Shown one piece after another: positions 53,639 through 64,000 of a stretch of DNA of 64,000 nt. Below the pieces are notes generated by a model, which did no database searches, was not told the origin of the DNA, and saw nothing but the letters and a program-made list of their open reading frames with translations. Both the position numbers and the translations under genes were made by a program. How positions within the stretch are numbered: position 1 is the stretch's first letter; each line of letters opens with the position of its first letter. Source of the DNA: Octopus vulgaris (lineage: Eukaryota); NCBI GenBank assembly GCA_951406725.2, contig OX597815.1, positions 63,178,001 to 63,242,000 of the forward strand. The letters are read 5' to 3'.

Positions 53639-54481
53639 GACAGAAAGGGAAAGAGAGGCATATAGGCAGAGACAGACAGCTAGACAGAGAAAAAGAGGGA
53701 AAGAGAAAGAGAAGGGAAGAAAGAGAGAGGGGGGAGGGAGAAAGAGAGAGAGGGAGAAAGAGAGAGAGAGAGAGGAGAGAGATAAGGAGAGAGAGAGAGA
53801 GAGACGGAGGTTCTGAGGAAATTTACCAAGTTCTGTGTGTAATGCTGGTTGGTTTATGCCCAGAGTGAATAGAAATTCTAATAAGAGCAAAACAATCAAA
53901 GAAGGAAAAGAAATTTCTTCAAGATTTATGTTACCATGATACCCGTATTATATAACGCTGTTTAGAAAACAACAGACATGACAAACTACTCTAGTTTAAC
54001 CCTGTAAATATTAAAATAAATCCCATTTTTATAACCTTGTTTTCATAGAATCTATTTTCGTCTGAGTCTTACACTAGTGTTGTATCAACCAAATTAAAGC
54101 TCTGCTAAAATTTCTGATTATTTCGTCATCTTTACAGTAAATTTTTCAAGATCATCTTAGTAATGCATTCATTTCTTATAATATTTACTTTGTTTCGGTT
54201 TTTAGTCAACTTCTGTTTTGATTGTTAGTCTTTGAAAATTATAGTTTTAAACTTTTCTGTTTCTTTGTACTTGTTATATTTGTTTTGCAGTCTTTGAACT
54301 GATTATATATTTATTATATTAATAAGCTGTTGAATACAAAAATGAATTTAAAAATATAACTTGCAATTGACTTCGTGGTCATCGTCAACATTTTAATACA
54401 TGCACACAGACTTACAAACTCACACGCACACACGCACACATACATAGAAAGAGAATTCTCTCTTTCTTGTGTCTGTCTGTT

Positions 54482-54524
<43 letters not shown>

Positions 54525-54584
54525 GTCTCTCTTTCTCACACACACACACACGTAAACACTTGGAAGCGTTTACATTATAAGCTC

Positions 54585-54900
54585 TATTGGAAAAGCTTGA
54601 GGACGACTCACCTCCAACTGACGTGGAATCCCACTCCCTGTTGAAGACTTCCCCTCTGTCCCAGAAGCACAATGGAATCATTGGAAAGCACTCGACTACA
54701 CGAGCTCAAGAACGAGTCGATCATGAGTTGCTTTGGTCAAATAGGACTACAAGATCACCTATGAATGTGAAGAAGCAGACCATAATTATGGAACACTGCC
54801 TCGTTTGCGGTCGCTATCCTACCCCTGCAGCTCAAAAAGACCTCACAGAGTTTAATAAAAGTGTGACAAGAAATGAGAAACCCTTTCTTTATAACCATTA
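54585..54900 (+). mobile_element. decayed non-LTR retrotransposon C-terminus (RTE-X/I-like CCHC region)
   Basis: Across frames: WNHWKAL...ALVK*DY...ECEEA/QTIIMEHCLVC, resembling W..LNRLRTG..KWG..CECG..QT..H..C. Confidence 0.45.
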
Positions 54901-55477
54901 TGCTTCGAAGAATCGAAAGTAGAAATGTAAACACTTGTTCAGTGGTTGAAAAATATAGTTTCAGAAAAAATACAAAAGTGAGCTCAAATTTTCATTTTGA
55001 AATTGCGTCGAAAACATGATTCAGAAGTCACTGTAAAATGGTACAAGTATCAAATTGCAGCGGTGTTTGAAAAAACAAGCCAAGCAAAACTATCTTACGG
55101 TATTTTAACAACTAATCAGATTTTAGGTATTTATACAAGGGTCTAAGGAAAATAAACTAATGAACGTTATATAGAATCGACATTGTTACTCGTACAGTCC
55201 ATAATATTTCTCTTAAAGATATATGGAAACGGAAAAGTCAGAACTATGATTCTAAAACTGAAGAATGTGTAGTAGAAGACCAAAGGTGCGAGTTGAAATT
55301 TGATTTATGAAAAGATTCCCTTCTTCAAATTATTCCAGGTGAAACCGCAAAAACAACAAAACGACAAAAACGTCATAGACTTAAATGTTTTGCTTAGAAC
55401 TGTTAATATTGTGAGAAAAATACTTTCTCAGATATGGTCTGACAGGAATCGAACCTGAGTTTATAATAATGATTTCA

Positions 55478-55985
55478 TTTATTTACCACAAGGGCGAAGG
55501 GTGAGGGGGACATTATAAAGACAGAGAAAAAGGGGGTTTACATATAATGAAATAGTAAAAAAGGAAAAGGTGAAAGAAGGAAAGCAAGTATACACGGTAT
55601 ACACTGAAAAAGAAGGGACATATGCATAGCATATAAAGGCAAAGAAAACAGTGGCGGGAAGGATGATACATATGTGGCCCTCCTGATACAGGAACGCCTC
55701 TAGGGATAATCGAGGAATCCCACTGTCTGAGATTACCCTGAAACCCCAGGAGCAAATACCCTCTTCAATTCCTTTTCTCCGGCTCACAGGTCTACACTTA
55801 GAGAGGTATCATCCATTCTTGCCATTTTCACAACTTTTACCTACCTTTCAATAAACCCATTCGAGGACAGCACTTAACCTCTCCACTCTTAATTTCCTTT
55901 TCAGGTGAAACTGGAAAAAGTCAATGAGAGCTCTACCAAAGAGGAAGCTATCTGTCCTCATGCCTTTCAGCCTTGTCCAATCCCC
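55478..55985 (-). mobile_element. Tx1/L1-like LINE 3' end
   Basis: WTRLKGMRTDSFLFGRALIDFFQFHLKRKLRVER, then a pyrimidine-rich 3' UTR ending ccttgtggtAAATAAA. Confidence 0.55.
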
Positions 55986-55987
55986 TC

Positions 55988-56183
55988 CACTATAGGCATA
56001 AGGCCTGTAATTTGTGGGGAGGGGGTAAGTCGATTTCACCGACCCAAGTACTTGATTGATACTTGATTTATCGACCCTGAAAGGTTGAAAGGCAAAGTCG
56101 ACCTCGGCGAATTTTAAACTCAGAACGTAAGGACGGACGAAATGCCGCAAAGTATTTTGCCTGGCGTGCCAGCTCACCGCCTT
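55988..56183 (-). mobile_element. SINE family C
   Basis: Reverse complement of 46403-46620; another decayed copy at 56470-56620. Confidence 0.8.
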
Positions 56184-56246
56184 AATAATAATGATAATCA
56201 TAATAATAGTAATAACAATAACAACAAAAACAACAACAACAACAAC

Positions 56247-56326
<80 letters not shown>

Positions 56327-56648
56327 TAACATATCCTACGCAAAACACTTTCAATACAGCAAACAGCAAACAGCAAACCACAGCACATACCCAAGGCACA
56401 CAGAGCTGCGCTCGGTAGTGAAGTGAAAGCACGCTATAAAAATAAAACTACTGAATAATAATAATAATAATCCTTTCTACTATAGGCAAAAGGCCAGGAA
56501 TTTTGTTGGACTCCAATCATTAATTGATTTTATCGACCCTGAAAGAATGAAAGGTAAGTGGACCTCGACGGCATTTGAAAGCAGAACATACTAGCAGACA
56601 AAAATGTCGTTAAGCTTGGCGTAATCATTAACATCATCCTCATTGTTG

Positions 56649-56706
<58 letters not shown>

Positions 56707-56737
56707 CATCATTATCATCATCATTATCATCATCATC

Positions 56738-56840
<103 letters not shown>

Positions 56841-56908
56841 ATAATATTAATACCCTAACTTTTTGTTTTTGTACGTACCTGTTGTGTTGTTGTTGTTGTT
56901 ATTGTTGC

Positions 56909-56939
<31 letters not shown>

Positions 56940-56941
<2 letters not shown>

Positions 56942-58600
56942 CTTATTTTGCTGGGTGTGATGGAATGTGTCAGCTATCCATAGTCACCAGACTAAGATGT
57001 CAGTTGCTTACTGGACATGCTTCAAGGACCCTGCAGAGTACTTTTGCATTTCCAAGCAATGATGATTTCTGTGGGAGTTCTATCTTTACATTTGTGCCAA
57101 TCTTTTTGTGCCGTGCTGGTAGTTGAGTGCTGATATTTCCAAGCACGGTAATTACTGTTGGTATTTCATCATATTGCCCACAACCTTCAATTCGTTATAG
57201 CTGTTCACTTTTTCTTCTTTCTCTTCGATCCTCTTGTCACCAAGACGTTATGTCGATTATACCATGGATGGTTTTTCATTGTTCACGATGACAATATCAG
57301 ATTTCCGACTGCTGATCTGATGGTCACACAGATTCATTGCATCCCGTAGGATTCTGTGATCTTCATTCTCAGTAATTCCCTGCGGAATTTGGTCATACCT
57401 CGCTTCTGACCTTTCTAGGCCATAATTTCCACAGAGCTCCCAGTGGATCATTCTTGCCAAGTTGTCATGTCCTTTGTATTCGCGTTGTGCCAGTTTCAGG
57501 CATTCCCTAGCAATTTCACCACACATTCTGCTTTTGTCGTCCTCAGTTGTGTTATCAGCTCTGTACTTCACACAGTCAGTCCTTAACGCTTGTTCTTTTG
57601 CTACAGATATACGTGCTTCTGTTTCTATCTTCACTCCTCCGCCCTTCTGTCTTGGAGCTCAAATCTCTTGCAAACTGACCGTATATTTTTTCTTTCCATG
57701 CGATTTCTATTTTTGTGTTCATTTTCTTTTTAGAATTTCCTTTTTTAGCACAATTATCAATTTTGATGATGCCGGACTTCTTTACATGTATTAACAACAG
57801 TTCCACAGCATTTTTAACATGCCACCCTAACTGTTTTCCACTGCTTCAACACACTCCTGACAACTGATTAAACCTCTCCCACCCTTTCTTCTGGACAAGT
57901 ACAACCTATGAGTGTCACGCTTGGGATGGAATGCTCCGTACACTGTCAACAGCTTCCGTGTATTCGTATCCATGCTCATAAGTTCTTTATTCTCCCAGTT
58001 TATGATTCCATCCCCCTACCGAGGTGATGCTATGGCCCATGTATTTACTGCTTGGATTTTATTCCATTTAGTGCATCACCAATCTTAGTCTTCGGAAATA
58101 TTATTTCCTCAGCTGTTCTTTCAATTTCATCTCTATGATTTCATTGAGTCCTAGTATGTCAAGGTACTTATGTTCTTCTTTTTCAATTGGTTTCACTACG
58201 TCTCTAATTGGTAATTCTATCCATGCCAGGAACATATCTTGCCTCTTCTGAGGTTCATTATACTACCCTTCATAACTTCGAATTCCATCTTAACATCAAC
58301 ACTAAAACAATGGAACATGTTTACCTAGGAACTTACCTGTACCTCATCTTTGTAATACAGCTTCAGATCATCCATGAAGACATGATTGAATCTTTGCGTT
58401 TTTCCCTTGAACTGATATTCCAGGTTCACTTTCCTCAGTACCAAGGTAGAGGAATCATGTAAAGTACAAAAAGGCTAAGGGAATCAATTATCGCCTTGGA
58501 AAATTCCTCCCCTGATGCCCAGAGTGTTCAAGCTTTGTTTGTACGATGTCAGCTCAGTTTTCCAACTCACCATACTTCTCTTCAGAAAACATTTAACGTT
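56940..58600 (-). mobile_element. R4/Dong-type LINE, decayed 3' half
   Basis: ETEARISVAKEQALRT, CLKLAQREYKGHDNLARMIHWELC and GIFQGDN motifs; its 3' end lies next to (ATC)/(TTA)/(GTA)n. Confidence 0.85.
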
Positions 58601-58722
58601 CCACACACACACACACACACACACTTACACACATATATACATTCATATAATGCATGCATTACATATTATATACACTTTATGTGTGTGTGTACATTTTATA
58701 TATACGTATATGTGTGTATAAC

Positions 58723-58760
<38 letters not shown>

Positions 58761-60409
58761 AGAGAGAGAGAGAGAGAGAGAGAGGCGAGAGAGATAGAGG
58801 AGAGAGAAAGATAGATTGACATACAGATAGATTGATAAATAGATAGATAGACAGACACATACATACATATAATATTGGGATCATTTTGTACATGCACAGA
58901 AATGGGATTAAGAAATGAGATAGGTAGTCACGTGGCTGCAGATTTAATCTAATGCATGAAATCTCTGACAATAATCTTCGGCACAAGTGAATGAAACTGG
59001 AGAAATAGAAAATGTGCAAAGCATGTCGGGTAGAATCTACCTCTTCAAAGGTGGTAAACTTAAAATGCCACATGATACAACTTTGAGTCTGTTTAAAAGA
59101 GTCAAGTCTGTTAGAAGTATTCAGCCGAATCTCCAATCAGGGTGTAACATCTCTACTTCCACTTAACAGCATCAGAAACTTTACGTTTTCGTTCCTTTTC
59201 TAACTAAGCCACAAGAAATATTGACTATAGAAATGTATCATAATAATAATAATGATGCATTCTTACTTTGGCACTGATTACAGGTTTCAATTTATTTTGA
59301 CTCCAGTACATATCTGGTACATATTTTGATCGATCTATTGATAATTTTAAACTAGATGACTACTGTGTTACTCTTGTTTCATTAACAAAAGTTGACGATT
59401 TCTTAGTTCTATCATCAATCTTATTAAAATGTGTGCGATAATTAATCGACCTCACTCTTTTTGGCCTTCATTAACCTGTAGTTATGTGATCTTTGAAGGT
59501 GATGTATGTTACGTGTTTAGTTAAACACTGTAATCTGCTGCCTCGTTTGTTTACGTATTTATAAATATGTAAGTTAACTTTTCCGTAGTCTTCTCTAGTG
59601 GCACTCGACATATCGTTAGCTAATTCATAAATATTTTTCATTTTATCAGATTTCTTAATGTACCAGATATCAGAATTTAGTTTATTTCTGAAAAGTGTTG
59701 TCGTTCTTACGACATTTTACTTCGCTGGTCTTCTAAGCCGCCTCTAATGCAAAACACGGATTAATCTCAAGAGTGAGATCGGATTAATTACGAAAAACAT
59801 TTTAAATGACTTGAAAGATACAATTAAGAAAGTCAACAACCTTCATCACCAGAACCATAGTAACATCGCCATTCTCTCGCTTAATGATATCATTGACTAA
59901 AGTAAGTGTATATTCACTCATTTCGATATTGCCAAATTTTCTCTTTCTGTTCCCAAATCACTAATTATTAAAGCCTTACATTAAACCAACTTACACTACG
60001 TCATTAATGTTAGTATATAGAATCCATTACGAATACTAGGAACACTTAAAACTTGGTTGGCATCTCTAAAGAAGGGGAGATAATTTCAAGGAAAGAAAAG
60101 TAAATTTATGTGCCAAAGAAAAGTGAATCTAGTATTTGCTACATTCGCGGGAGATGCTTCGGTTATTGGCCTCATCAGCATAAAACAAAAGGCCGAAGAA
60201 AAGTAATAGAAGAATGCCAATTGCATAAATTTCAAAGACAAAGTCAAACAGTGGCTTTGATGTGAAAAGCAAAAGAAAAAAACACTATCGTGGTTTGAGA
60301 CATTCAAAGAGAAGGGAATAAGATAATTTTACGAAAGCAAGGATAAATTTCCGGAAGTATTTTAGATTCTACGCAGAATTAAAATAGGATGTTTGCTGCA
60401 GGCAAGAAT

Positions 60410-60600
60410 TGTAGGCATGGCTGTATAATTAAGGAGCTAGCTTTGAGACCACGCGATTTCAAGTTCAGTCCCATTGTGCAGCATCTTGGCTGTATGTCTT
60501 CTAATGTAGCCCCCGGCAGACCAATGCTGTGTGAGTGGATTTGTTACAGAGAAGCAATATGAATACACGTCGTATTTATGTGTGTGTATCTTTGTGTGGG
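60410..60600 (+). mobile_element. SINE family A, 5' half, decayed
   Basis: gtaggcatggctgtataatt...agttcagtcccattgtgcagcatcttgg...gtgagtggattt. Confidence 0.65.
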
Positions 60601-60769
60601 CATGTGTGTGTGTGAGAGAATGAATGAGTGATAGAGTGTATGTATGTGTGTAATAGTTAATATGTGTATGGCAATATAAATTATTATCGGTCTCCAACGC
60701 AAAGGGAAATTACAAACATTAACAACTTTTATGCACGTATATTTGTATGTATGTATATATATATATTGT

Positions 60770-61290
<521 letters not shown>

Positions 61291-61322
61291 CTGCGCTTAT
61301 TATATACACACACACACATACA

Positions 61323-63575
<2,253 letters not shown>

Positions 63576-63626
63576 ATATATATATATATATGGCTAAGAT
63601 CAAGGTCTGATATCTACTCTCAACAG

Positions 63627-63681
<55 letters not shown>

Positions 63682-63944
63682 ATATATATATATGTATGTA
63701 GGTTCAGTCCGGCTGCGTTGTACCATCGGCATGTGTGTTCTACAATAGATTCGAGCCTACCAAAGCCTTGTGAATAAAAAACGAAAAAATGAAAAGAAGA
63801 AACGAACGTGAGGACGAGCACAAGATGTGCATTAGCTTCACGCTCGGTGAAAGGAGAGCGTTTCGAGCATAGCTCTTCTTCGGAAAGGAGAAAGGGAAAA
63901 GTCCAAAGCAAGAGAAGAAATCGCCAACACGCTCATACACACTC

Positions 63945-64000
<56 letters not shown>

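Noticed and set aside
60080-60400. Decayed LINE RT (ATFAGDASVIGLIS resembling KFADDTTVVGLIS)
   Set aside because: A single short motif with no supporting neighbours that I could read.

Overview
This is an AT-rich, microsatellite-saturated animal genomic window. The SINE repertoire suggests a cephalopod such as Octopus (inference only). I found no host protein-coding exon, tRNA or rRNA. Most ORF-track entries ([12 protein letters not shown], etc.) are translations of simple repeats. The real coding sequence belongs to transposons: CR1-group LINEs whose ORF1 has a Myb/SANT-like domain plus CCCH fingers, R4/Dong-type RLE LINEs next to (TAA)n, Penelope-like elements (a Naiad-type and a Neptune-type), HERO, Tx1-like and RTE-like tails, mariner fragments, non-autonomous Helitrons and at least three tRNA-derived SINE families. 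Four observations stand out. (1) There are many hammerhead ribozyme motifs, including a stand-alone canonical one at the tip of a rod-like fold (35.1-35.25 kb), an inverted pair (40 kb) and a recurrent CUGUNGA variant core. (2) Two diverged LINE families share a T_TTT_TTR slippery site exactly where the ORF2 frame opens, suggesting programmed -1 frameshifting. (3) Two 5'-intact LINEs lack their own 3' ends and are fused to the 3' ends of unrelated retroelements. (4) The dominant SINE shares its 3' tail with the CR1-group LINE. All alignments and folds were done by eye, and element boundaries are approximate unless a junction is quoted.
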